Below the pieces are notes generated by a model that searched no databases, was not told the DNA's origin, and was given only the letters and a program-made list of their open reading frames with translations. Positions 1 to 10,736 of a DNA stretch of 64,000 bases are shown here, piece after piece (position 1 is the first letter of the stretch; the number at the start of each line of letters is the position of its first letter). Both the position numbers and the translations under genes were made by a program. The DNA is from the human T2T-CHM13v2.0 reference genome, Homo sapiens, in NCBI RefSeq assembly GCF_009914755.1, contig NC_060942.1; one strand, written 5' to 3'.

Positions 1-989
1 AATGGCTATTAGTAATTTTGACAGGTGAGACCATGGCATTAAAAGTTGTTACATAAAGGGGACCATTTAGTACAGATGTCAGGGGACGCCGGGGAAGGTG
101 CTGATGGCCAGATTCTTGGATTTGCAGAGCTCAGGTGGCACCCTGTGCCAGATCCCCACCTTATTGTGCTGTTAATCATTTTCTGGCGTTCTTCCACTAA
201 TGGCTTTCTTTAGAAAATGGGAAATGAGTTGGACTCAGAAGCATAAATGACAGCCCAGATTGTCATTGCTTTTCACAGCCCACATAACATTCTATGATTC
301 TATATATTTCGGGTGCAGAGAATTATCATCATGGTTGAGCTCAGTGCCCAGTTTAGGCATTTAGTTCTTTCACCTTTTTTTTTTTTTCCAAAAAATTGAG
401 TTCATATTGGTTCGTGAGTAAATGTTTAATTATGCCCTCACATTCTTCTGAAAGTCACAGTTACAATGATAAAATGAAATAATAGATGTGGAAACCCGCT
501 CATGCAACCTCTCTGTTGTGATGCCTTCTCTTTCTACCATTTGTTGTAGGACATCTGGAAATTAAAAACATCGAAAAGAAGGAAATAAAAATTAGCTATT
601 GTCCTCTGCCTAAGAAAAAGCACAGAGATATTTTAATGTACATATAATATAGTATTGTATTCTTTGGACAGTGGATAGCTTATCTAGATGATAAATTGCT
701 TTCTATTTTGATTTAAGTTGTATATATATTTTTCCCCTATTAGAATGAAGCTCTTTGAAAGAAAGATTAGTTTCCTATAACAACTGTTACATTTTATTTA
801 ATTTATACAAGTGGTGGAGATCGCCAGTTACTACTGAATATTCATTTTTTTCCTTTCTCCTCAACAAAGAATACTGTTGGATAACAATGAATCCAGTTAA
901 AAACAAAAATAAGGAGCCACCTTTTGCAGCTTTCCCTGCATATAGGAACCCATTAAAAAATAAGTAGAAGTCGTTGGGTAGAGCTTCTT

Positions 990-1250
990 TATTTTTACTC
1001 TCTCTTTTTTTTCTCTTCCTGCCTGAGATTTGAATGTATTAGCTGGAGCTCCAGCAGCTACTTTGGAACCATGAGAGAAAGGCTGAGAGAATTGAAAGAT
1101 CTTTGTCCCTGACATCCTGAATCAGTTGCTGAACTAACATCAGCAATTGTTGACTCAGACTTTTAGTTATATGAGAAAAATAAGCCCTTGTCTCTTTAAT
1201 CTACTGTTTTGCAGTCTGTAGCCAGCAACCAAATGCAATTCTGAACTCAC
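990..1250 (+). mobile_element. MLT1-family (ERVL-MaLR, MLT1K/L-like) LTR fragment, apparently interrupting an L2 3' end
   Basis: gctggagctccagcagctactttggaaccatgag...gagaaaaataagcccttg resembles the 3' half of old MLT1. L2-like pieces flank it at ~725-780 and ~1335-1390. Boundaries approximate. Confidence 0.55.
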
Positions 1251-1699
1251 ACCATCATACCACTTTATTTCAAAAAGGATTTGTGGGAACAGCCAACTCC
1301 TATTCATACACCATTGTATTTTTAAAAGCAACTAACACAGTGTGTCTTCCTGGTGGTAGGCATTCTATAAATGTTTGTTGAATGAGCTCTAAGAAGATTA
1401 AATTCAACCCCATCAATAAGATCATCTTCCTCCACTCTCTTACCTACATTATTTCCTTGAACTCAAGTAGTCACTTTTATTTTTTCTTCAAGTAGGAGAT
1501 TTTTATGGTTCAAATCTACAAAGGAATTCATTCTGGGAAACATTCAGCTTGGCTCTTTATTTTAGGATAGTCTTCATTTTGTCGCTTCTGCTGTTTTATT
1601 TCTCATATTTTTATGTTCATGTGCCTATACCATAAAAATAATACATTACAATTGTTCAGCATGTTTAGCTTATCAGAAGCTCATTAACTCTTTTGTTCT

Positions 1700-1835
1700 C
1701 ATTTTACCCACACTCTGGCAAGTGATCAAAAAATATAATTAGCCCTACTTTGTATAGAAAAACCTGAGACACAGATAGTGTAAGTGACTTAGTTTCTAAA
1801 AATATAGTTGAGATGAGACCCAAAATCTCTTGCCT
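1700..1835 (-). mobile_element. MIR SINE fragment
   Basis: tgtatagaaaaacctgagacacagatagtgtaagtgactt resembles the antisense MIR core. Confidence 0.55.
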
Positions 1836-2583
1836 TTCATTGCTAACTAGTCTCTTTTCTTAAAAGATGTCAAAGTGAGCCAACTCTGCTCAGTTTGTAT
1901 GGCTCTCTGGAGCACTGTGTTAAGTAGGATTCTGAAGCTATGTTCAGGCTCCACAGGCGAAAGGGCAGTAATCATTTTAGCAATGCCTGTTGCAGTATGA
2001 GTAGTGAACAGAGAGTTGTCTGTGGTGACCCAAATACCTTGTATTCACAATTCTATATCTATACCAAGATGAATTTACTTACACACATGAACACACACAC
2101 ACACATTGCTAAAAGCTAAAAGGCATCTCATTCTTTAGTAGGATTTGCTTGATCCCAGTGTTTTTCTGCCAATCTTTTTCTGCTCATTTAGATGCATTCA
2201 GTTGAATTTACATATTCATGTAATGTATATACACACACACATAAACTGTGTGTATATATGTATATATATCTTTATGTTACCTTTTATTTTTCTGTGCCCC
2301 AATTTAGATAAGGTTACCCAGGGTAAATCCTGCATCTATTCTAAGTTTTTAAATTTAATTGTAAGTTTTTTAATTCTTAAAAACAGCAAGTTCTTTATTG
2401 AATTAGCAGAATAACCACATGATCACATTGTGTGCCAAGGTAAAGTTTTTGATGACAGTATGCTTCCAATTAGCTGGATAATGAACAGTGTGGTATAGTT
2501 TATATTTGATCCCACCTGGGAGGGAGGAGATGCTACACAGCATCTTAAGGCCTCTTTCAAGAATGTAAGTACAAAGCAATAGG

Positions 2584-2810
2584 CCAGAGGTCAGCACACT
2601 TTTTCTGTAAAGAGCAAGATAGTATACATTATAGGCTTTGCTTGCAGGTCATATGATCTATGTAGCACAGCTACTGAACTCTATAATTGCAGCTCAAAAA
2701 GCAGCTATGGCTCAGTAGTGGACAATATGTAAGTGAATGGGCATGGCTATTTTCAAAAGGAGGGCAGGGAGAACTCATTCCACCCACAAACCTAGTCTGT
2801 GGACCTTGGA
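2584..2810 (-). mobile_element. MER58A-like hAT-Charlie DNA transposon
   Basis: cagaggtcagcacactttttctgtaaagagcaagatagta...taggctttgc...gaatgggcatggct matches recalled MER58 in reverse. Confidence 0.75.
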
Positions 2811-2911
2811 CATAGGAAACTTTTCACTGCAGAGGGAACTAAAAGACTAGGATGCTTCCCTACAAGGAATTTATGTGAACTTTAGTTTATTATCTCTGCA
2901 TACCATGAAAC

Positions 2912-2953
2912 ATGATGATGATGAAGATGATGATGATGATGATGATGATGATG
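2912..2953. repeat. (ATG)n microsatellite, ~14 units with one interruption, within a MIR remnant
   Basis: Directly visible: atgatgatgatgaagatgatgatg... Confidence 0.95.
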
Positions 2954-3001
2954 TCTAGCCTCCAGGGTTGCTATAAGGACTAAACGACTTGATTATGAGT
3001 G

Positions 3002-3015
3002 CCTCTAGGTGGCAC
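3002..3015 (+). promoter_or_regulatory. Candidate CTCF motif
   Basis: CCTCTAGGTGGCAC, one mismatch to CCASYAGRKGGCRS. Confidence 0.4.
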
Positions 3016-3179
3016 TTTATTGGGCTGAGAAGTGGACACCACAGTTGACCATTTGAATGTTTCATCCCCAGCAGGGCTCTCACCCCATCCATCCATCTGT
3101 AGCAGGTGGATTGAGCATTTGGGTGCCGCGGACCAGGTGGAGATGGCAGCTAATGGGAGAGCGAAAGTTCCATTTAAGA

Positions 3180-3418
3180 AGCGGACTGTTGTTCACCTCC
3201 AGGCCACTGTAGTCATGTGAGAATGGAGTCTCTTTTTTGCCAGGTCTTCCAATTTTTCAGGAGAAGATAGAAATCCACATGTTAAGTAGAAATTTCCAAT
3301 TTTAAAGAAGTTTAAAACTTTGGAAAACTATTTAAAATTTTTAAAAAATTGTGGGAGCTAAAAACAATCCAAGTATGAGGGCTGGATCAACAGAGGCACC
3401 GTTGTGTGTCCTCTGGCC
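3180..3418 (+). mobile_element. MER102-like hAT DNA transposon fragment
   Basis: ttgccaggtcttccaatttttcaggagaagatagaaatcc resembles recalled MER102. Confidence 0.5.
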
Positions 3419-3635
3419 ACTATTCCTAAGTGTCCAGATATTAAGGAGGAAATGAAATTTTTCTAGGATGTGCAGCACATGTCCCATGCTAAAGCACTAA
3501 GCCCTCTCATACTTTAATCATGACAACTCTATCCATTTACTTGATATACACCAAAGAGTGTGTCCTCTGTTCCATGCACTGGTCTACAAACAGGGCATCT
3601 AGCAGTAAAGTAGGCAGAAAAAAACCTCTGCTTTC

Positions 3636-3931
3636 GGCTGGGTGCAGTGGCTCACACCTGTAATCCCAGCACTTTGGGAGGCCGAGGTGGGTGGATCACT
3701 TGAGGTCAGGAGTTTGAGACCAGCCTGGTGAATGTGGTGAAACCCCGTTTCCATTAAAAATAAAAAAAAAAATAGCCAGGCATGGCGGTGCATGCCTGTA
3801 GTCCCAGCTACCCAAGAGGCTGAGGCAGGAGAATTGCTTGAACCCAGGAGGCAGAGGTTGTGTGAGCTGAGATCGTGCCAGTGCACTCCAGCCTGGGCGA
3901 CACAGCAAGACTCCATCTCAAAAAATCCCAC
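3636..3931 (+). mobile_element. AluS (Sz/Sx-like), full length
   Basis: Dimeric Alu. 14-bp TSD aaacctctgctttc at 3622-3635 and 3932-3945. Confidence 0.97.
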
Positions 3932-4189
3932 AAACCTCTGCTTTCACAGAGCTTTTATTCCACTAGATTGGCAGGTTTGCAGTAATATAGGTGGAGAATG
4001 ACATTTAGAGGAAGTGATTCTAAGGACAGAATTACTTATTCCCAAAGTTGCAAAGGGTGACAGAATTATTAGGAAACATCAAGGATTATAACAGGAAGGC
4101 TACATATGAACTGCAACAACAACAACAAATCACTGGCTGGCTGAGCTCTGGGCTCACTAAAGATAAATGAGAGAAAACCTGGTACATTT

Positions 4190-4410
4190 CCAGGGAAGGT
4201 TTTAAGTCAGGTACCAGGAAGAACTTCCCAATAGTTAAGGCTGTTAAGCAGAAACAGGTGGCTGAGTTGATTGAGGACTCTTTCCTCTGGAGAACTTTAG
4301 GAATGGGACAGGCAACATCTATCCAAACATATAGTCTCTCTTGGAGGCAGGGAGTTGAACGTGAGCCAGGGGTCTGAGTACTTCACTGGAAAGGTTTTAA
4401 ATTTCTAAAT
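4190..4410 (+). mobile_element. L3/CR1 LINE 3' fragment
   Basis: aggaagaacttcccaatagttaaggctgttaag...ctctttcctctggagaacttt...gaggcagggagttgaac resembles the CR1/L3 3' end. Confidence 0.5.
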
Positions 4411-5289
4411 TTCTTACTTTGGCCTATATAGTCATTTTTTTTAAAAAAATTTTTGGTTAGAAAGGTCTCTTCTTCCATAGATCAAGCTACATAGATGAGC
4501 TCATCTGAGGAATGCATTTTTTAATTTTAGCACTTTCTATAAATGGGTTTTCTAAACCCTAAGCTGAAGTTGTTACCACGACGGGGAACATGGAGATAAT
4601 TTTTCATTCTTTCATGCTATGCTGAATGTCAGCAGTAGCAGCTCCTAAAAATAATCATACCTTGTATTTCTATAGCACCTTTCCCGGAGGTTCTCAAACT
4701 GCTTTGCAGACATCATGTAATTAATCCCTATAAAGCATCCTGAAGACAGTGGTATAATATTAAGTTAATATTTGTCGTGTATATAAAGGTTACACATTTT
4801 ATACTTACTTACTATACTGATCTTGTGTTCTGTGAACTCTACAGCAGGCATAAGGTTTGCTGCCAAAAAAACCACGTTCTGATGATTGTGTTGTGAGGTC
4901 TGACAAGCAGGAGAGATGGAGAAAATGAGCTGCCGTATTTGGGGAAGTAAAGGGGAATTCATGCGTGGGCTGCTGGAAGTTTGTGAAAGTTTAATTTCTT
5001 TCTAGGGTTCATGAGGAGCTATTATAGGAATATGAGAAGGGGATATGGCAGGAGGATTTTAACACTCCTGCAAAACAATATGTATGGCTTATTTGAACGA
5101 GTGGAGGTAAATGAGGGAGTTGAAGACGGGAATGAGGCAGGCAGTACTATCAGGTCGTTAATGTTCATGTGCCAGGTCCCCTTTCTTTGTCCTCTTCTCC
5201 CTGCTGTGCCACGCAACTTCTCCTTGAGACACTTCTGCGTATTTATAACAATTACAACAAGACCAGATCTGTAGTTAGCTGTAGACATT

Positions 5290-5450
5290 CTAGTATGAAT
5301 TTCAGCAGAGACAACCTCTGCCAAACATTTTGCCAGTTTAAACCTCATCTCTCACTTTGCAATGAAAGGATTAAATGAGTTAATATATGTACAGCTCTTA
5401 GACTAGCACCAGGCACATAGTAAAGGTTGGTCCAAGTCATGACTATTATT
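5290..5450 (+). mobile_element. MIR fragment
   Basis: aggattaaatgagttaatatatgtacagctcttagactagcaccaggcacatagtaa matches the MIR 3' part. Confidence 0.7.
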
Positions 5451-5611
5451 TGTGAAAATGTCAGACGTCATTGAGCAGGAGTGGCAGTATACTGGGTCTC
5501 CACAAACATTTATGCACTCTTGAAATCAGGCCTCATGGGTAGCCTTCAGCTCCATCTATGCATAAAACTGGTCCTGGCAGTGAACACAGCAAAGAAGCTG
5601 TCATCATGGCC

Positions 5612-5625
5612 CCAGCAGGTGGCTG
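5612..5625 (+). promoter_or_regulatory. Candidate CTCF motif
   Basis: CCAGCAGGTGGCTG, one mismatch to the core consensus. Confidence 0.4.
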
Positions 5626-6829
5626 GAGAATTGACAGAGCAAAGAGGGAGGGAGATCAAATCTGAGGAAGTTTTCTGGGGAAGCTGGCGGCAGGGTGCGG
5701 GGGATGATGACAAACTGGATAGAGAGAGAAAAAGGAGAGCAAAACTCTGGAGGAGACCCCGAGGTCCCAGCTTGGAGGGGTGGGCACTCGGCTACTGTGG
5801 AGCACCATGTCCAGGTTTGGAAAGGGAAAATGTTTACGTAGGCTCCAGCCAGGGCCCAGCCCAGCAGCCTGCCTGCAGGTTTACAGCTGAACATTCCCAT
5901 CATGGCACTCTTCTCTGGAGTGGCCAACAGGAGGGAACGGCCAGGGACATTCTCGCCAGCCCAGAGGTTCTGGTGCTGCCCTTGAGTGTTTTCAGATTGG
6001 CAAGAGCTGTCTGGTGATTTTCCACTGGCCAAGTCACTCTTCCACGCTCATGGACCTAAAATTTAGCATTTGTCCTGGCTCCAAAACTCCTCTCATTGGC
6101 TCTGATAATCCTTTTCAAACAAGCTGAAGACTTAGCACCAAATCCACTTTCAAGTGTGAACAAGGCTTTGAGTAGTTCCAGATCCTAAGCCTGAAGTCTA
6201 TTGTCTGTTTTTAGTTGATTTTACTTGAGGCACCTAAGTTAGCCTTGACTCAGCCTGAACAGAAAACACTCTTGAGCAAAGGCCCAATGTTATGGAATTC
6301 TGCCCTTGGCACTAAAGCTGAAGCCTTAATGGAGGCATTCAGCACGTCCTTAGATGCATTGATTCTGCCATGCGGTGGCCACCTATGCTTCAAGGCCACC
6401 CAAGAACATAATGGACAAGGTTTTCTCATGTGTATTATCTGCAGGAAGAATATTTTCTTTAAAAAATCTAATTAATTTTTAAACAAGAAGAGAGCTAGCT
6501 GCCTTGAACATTTGATTAAAAATGGTCATTTTAAAGATATTTTAAAAAATTAAGATTAGCCAGTCATGTGATAGATACCAATATTTGTGTCTATGATCCA
6601 ATATTAGTCTCTATTCGAAGTGGGTGATGCAAAGTTGAATGTTAAGTTTTCCTAAAAGTTTATAAATTCTACCACTTTTTTATTTTTTTGCCTGGAAATG
6701 TATATGTTCTAGCTCAATAGTGGAAAAGAGAAAACTGGCCCTATGTGGAACTGACTGAAGTTTAATAAGTTGAGCAGTTTTCTGCCTCCTGGCAATCCTT
6801 CACTAGAATGGGAATTTCTTGAAGGTTAT

Positions 6830-7110
6830 ATTAGTGAGACATGTTCTGGGTGCAAGTGAAGAAAGTACAATTTCAACTAGCTTGAGCAAAAAGGGGTATT
6901 TATTGATTCCACTGGGAGCTGTAAGGGGATGGGCCGTCCCTATACTTTTCTGGCTCAGGGGTGCAAACAATACTTTCAAAATCAGGCTCTCTTATTCTCT
7001 CTGTGAAATCTTTTTTCTATATTGAATTTTTCCTAGGCAGTTTCTCTCCACATCTTGGCAAGGAGGGCTACCAGCCTTTTCTGCCTTCTATCACTCCTAC
7101 TGCTTAATTA
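6830..7110 (-). mobile_element. MLT1 (K/L-like) LTR fragment
   Basis: ggtgcaagtgaagaaagtacaatttcaactagcttgagcaaaaaggggtatttattg resembles the antisense MLT1 end. Confidence 0.55.
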
Positions 7111-7399
7111 AGAGGCTGGGCTAGTTTTGTAGCTAAGGAAATGAGGAGAAATGATGAGACTAGGGAAGCAGGTTTGGGGGTGAGCAGGCAGCTTGAATAT
7201 CTAGGGGCATAGGTAGAGAATGAGAGGAAGAGATTTGATTCAAGAAAGCCCAATCTGAGCCCTTTCCAGGACTGATACTGAGCTTAGATTTGATTGTCTA
7301 TTATTAAAACCATTCCCTTCTATCAACGCTCTTAACCCCCTCATCCCTAAGGGGGCTACGCTAGAACATGATCCCAATATTTTGTCAAATGTTTTCTGG

Positions 7400-7838
7400 G
7401 TACATGACCATACCAAATAAAGACTATATTCAAGCTTTCCTGGCAAGTATGTGTGGCCTTGTACGTTCTGGTGTCTGGGATATGAGTGGAACTCCTGCCT
7501 ATATTTTCTGGGTCATACCGTTAGGGAAGGGGCATGCTTCCTTTCTCTTTTCCCCATTCCACAGGCTGGATATGGACACAGTGATGCCCCATTTTGGGGA
7601 TGCAGATGAGGGCAAAGTCTCCAGGATGGCCAAACAACAAGAGAGAAGGAGCCTGGGGCCTGGACTCCATGTAGCCCCACAGCAGACGAGAGTCCTGATG
7701 ACTTCCCAGAGGAGAGCCACCTCCTAGCAGGCATGAGAGAGTGATAAATGTGAAAGAAAAATCATCTTTTGTCTTACTCAAGTCACTGCTACTTTAAGTT
7801 TCTAATTCATGCTCTGAGCCTATATCCCAACTAAAACA
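7400..7838 (+). mobile_element. MLT1 (H/J-like) LTR
   Basis: ggatggccaaacaacaagagagaaggagcctggg... and an ending in ctaaaaca, typical of old MLT1. Confidence 0.65.
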
Positions 7839-8129
7839 GTGAATCAAAAAGCTTTCACAGAAACATTTGGGCCAAGCAATCTAGAAAGTGCAACATTGAG
7901 AACTGGGCTGAAATCTAAGAGAATTTAGATTATCTCAAATAATTAGTTTTTTGGCATTCAGAAAAAAATAGCTTAAAAATAGAGAATGATAAAAATAATT
8001 AATTGCACAGTCTGAGAGAATGGCATTTACAATGCATTATGGAAATCAGTACTTACAACGTTTTTTAGCTGGAAGGAATGTGAAAGTTTACCTGGTATCA
8101 TTACCTGGCCCAACCACCTAATTTTAGAG

Positions 8130-8349
8130 CAGGGTTTCTCAGCCTTGACACTATTGATATTTTGGGCTGGATAATTCTTCATTGTTAGGGCCTGCGCTGT
8201 GCATTATAAGATGAGTCGCAGCAACCCTGGCCTCCACCCACTAGATGCCAGTATTACCAACCCTCCAATCATGACAGTCAAAAACATCTCAACACACTGC
8301 TAAATGTCCCTGGGGTTGTGGGGGATTGGCTCCCAACTGAGAAGCACTG
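8130..8349 (+). mobile_element. MER20 hAT-Charlie element, full length, nested in a MIR
   Basis: Termini cagggtttctca and tgagaagcactg. Perfect 8-bp TSD ttttagag at 8122-8129 and 8350-8357. Confidence 0.92.
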
Positions 8350-8519
8350 TTTTAGAGATCAGGAAATTGAGATCCAGCCAGCTTAGGAGTCAGATTCCTT
8401 CTCTATGCTGCTGTCTTCATGCAAGTTTTGAAAATGCTAGTCTTTTACAATACTGATCTAGAATTTAGGAAAACATTAGAAGGAAAATTCTTTAAAATAA
8501 AATTTAAAAGAGTGATAGC

Positions 8520-8720
8520 AATAGCTGATATTTATGAAAATCAAGTTTGCTTTGACATCGTCTTACTTAACCTTCACTTATAACTCTATGGACCAAGTTT
8601 CTCCCATTTTAAGTTGAGGAAATGGAGCATCGTCAAGGTCAAGTAGACTTACACAAGGTCATACAGCAAAGAACCAGTAGAACCTGCATTTAGACCTGGC
8701 CTTGAACCCACTCAGCACTT
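8520..8720 (-). mobile_element. MIR
   Basis: cccattttaagttgaggaaatggag...aaggtcaagtagacttacacaaggtcatacag. Confidence 0.7.
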
Positions 8721-8919
8721 TAATATAAAGTGAATAATAAGCAAAGCATCTTTCCGTGTTGAATCAAATTACCAAGTCAACAAAGGCAAGTTGAATATAT
8801 ATATGTCTGGATAAGTTCAAATTTTCTTTAGCCAATTTATATATTCTCTCATTCAATAAACATTTATTGAATGCTGACTATATGCATAGCACTGAAGGAT
8901 AATGAAAAGATAAAATAAT

Positions 8920-9119
8920 TTCGATTTATTGCCAGATGCTGATACAAATTTTACATGCATGTATTCTTTGATTCCTTACATATACACTAGGATATTCGTT
9001 CTATTATTATGATCATGTTATAGATGAGGACATAGAGTCATCAGGTGTTGATGTAACTTGCTGAAAGTCATGCAGCTGAAAGCAGCATAACAAGGTGTCA
9101 GATCCAGGCAGTTTGACTC
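8920..9119 (-). mobile_element. MIR
   Basis: tatagatgagga...gtaacttgctgaaagtcatgcagctg...atccaggcagtttgactc. Confidence 0.7.
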
Positions 9120-9581
9120 TGTTAGTTTTCTAGAGTTGCAACAACAAAAGACTACAAACTGGGTGGCTGTCAAGAAGAAATTTGTTGTCTTCCGGTTCTG
9201 GAGGCTAGAAGTCCAAAATCAAGGTGTCAGCAGAGACATGCTTCCTCTGAAACTTGCAGAGGAATCCTTTTATACCTCTTCCTAGCTTCTGGTGGTTTCT
9301 GGCAATCCTCAACATTCTTTAGCTTGTAGCTGCTTAACTCCAATCTTTTCCTTCATCATCATGTGACATTCTCCTTGTGTCCCTGTGTATTCACATGCTG
9401 GTCTTAAAAGAACACTAGTCATATTGGATTGGGGGCCACTTAACTCCAGTCTGACCTCATCTTAACTAATTACATCTGTAACCACCCTATTTCCAAACAG
9501 GGTCAAATTCTGAGGTACTGAGGGGTAGGAGTTAGGACTTCCAACACATCTTTTTTGGAAGAGACAATTCAACCCATGACA
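9120..9581 (-). mobile_element. MLT1C-like solo LTR
   Basis: gttctggaggctagaagtccaaaatcaaggtgtcagcag...gacctcatcttaactaattacatctg...caattcaacccatgaca. Confidence 0.85.
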
Positions 9582-9599
9582 ATTCTTAATTAGCACACC

Positions 9600-9900
9600 A
9601 TTGTGCCTGTTTGTAAGTATGATGGAATCCTTGTCCCTAGGGAGCTCACAGAGGCACAGGAAATAAGGCATGTGAACAAATAATCGCAATAATACAAATG
9701 CTAGAGTCACTTCATTGGTGTCATAGGAGAGGTAAAAACAATGAGCTGTGGAAGTTTGGAGAAGGTGGAGAGATTTAACTGAGTCTGTGGAAGGAGGTGG
9801 TGATGGGTAGACCTTTTCCAGGAGGTGATGGGTAGGCCTTTTCCAAGATTCCGTTTCCAGAGAGTCACAGGAAACTTGAAGGGAGGTTTAAGGACACACA
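9600..9900 (-). mobile_element. L2 fragment
   Basis: atccttgtccctagggagctcaca...; continues the L2 3' end seen at ~8850-8900 (attcaataaacatttattgaatgc). Confidence 0.5.
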
Positions 9901-10619
9901 GAACTGCATTCATACAATGCATGGGGCTGGGAAAACTCAGGACTGGTTCCTAAAATAAGGAGCTACCCAATAGTACGTAGAGTCTACACATAATGATAGT
10001 AGGAGGTCAGAATATCATAACTTTTCAGGATCAGTACTTCATGACACCAACTAGAGTAGCTTTTTCCTTTAAGGAAGGCAACATATTGCACAAATGGAGT
10101 TACCAAAGCCAAGAGATGTTAAATGACCTGCCCTGTTAGCATAACTAGTTAATGAAGGAGAATGGTGAATTGGGGACACATTTTTTTTATCTCTCAATGA
10201 ATCTGCCTGTTTTTTTCTCTATCATAAAGCTAGAACAATAGATTGGGGAGGCATCATGAGTGATTGAATGCCAGGCTAAGAGTCTAATTTAACTGAGTTA
10301 CACAATGACAATGTTTGAACATGATGAAGTTGTCATCTCCAAAGACCCATGGGTAGACAAGGTGCTGTATGAAGAATGGGGCCAGGAAGAAAAGGGCAGG
10401 AGCTCACAGAGGCTCAGGATGGAGGTAATAGGGGCTCAAATTGCCATCAAGCATTGGGAGTGAACATGAGGAAGTAAAGAGAAGAGTCTTCAGATAGAAA
10501 ACAGAAACCCTTGAATATTTGAATGTGAGGGTCAGGAGGTCAAGAAGACTTTGAGGTTTGGGGCCCTAGAGATAATGGCAGTGCCACCAACACAGATGGA
10601 GAATTCATGGGATTGTAAA

Positions 10620-10736
10620 TGGTGATCAGCCATGCAGATTTGCCTGGACAGAGGCAAGGCAAATCAGAGGTGGAACTTTCAGTGCTAAAAGCCTGAAAGT
10701 CCCAGTCAAAAGTCCTGGGGTGAGTTGGTCTCCCTA
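10620..10736 (+). mobile_element. MER81-like hAT MITE
   Basis: ggtgatcagc...aactttcagtgctaaaagcctgaaagtccc...gagttggtctcccta. Confidence 0.7.

Noticed and set aside
3599-4001. ORFs such as [15 protein letters not shown]..., and similar ones at 26036, 38793, 50719, 53349, 56402 and 61003
   Set aside because: These are translations of Alu sequence, not genes.
5481-6032. Overlapping 178-aa (+) and 142-aa (-) ORFs
   Set aside because: Non-ATG starts, no recognisable domain, and local GC richness explains the lack of stops.
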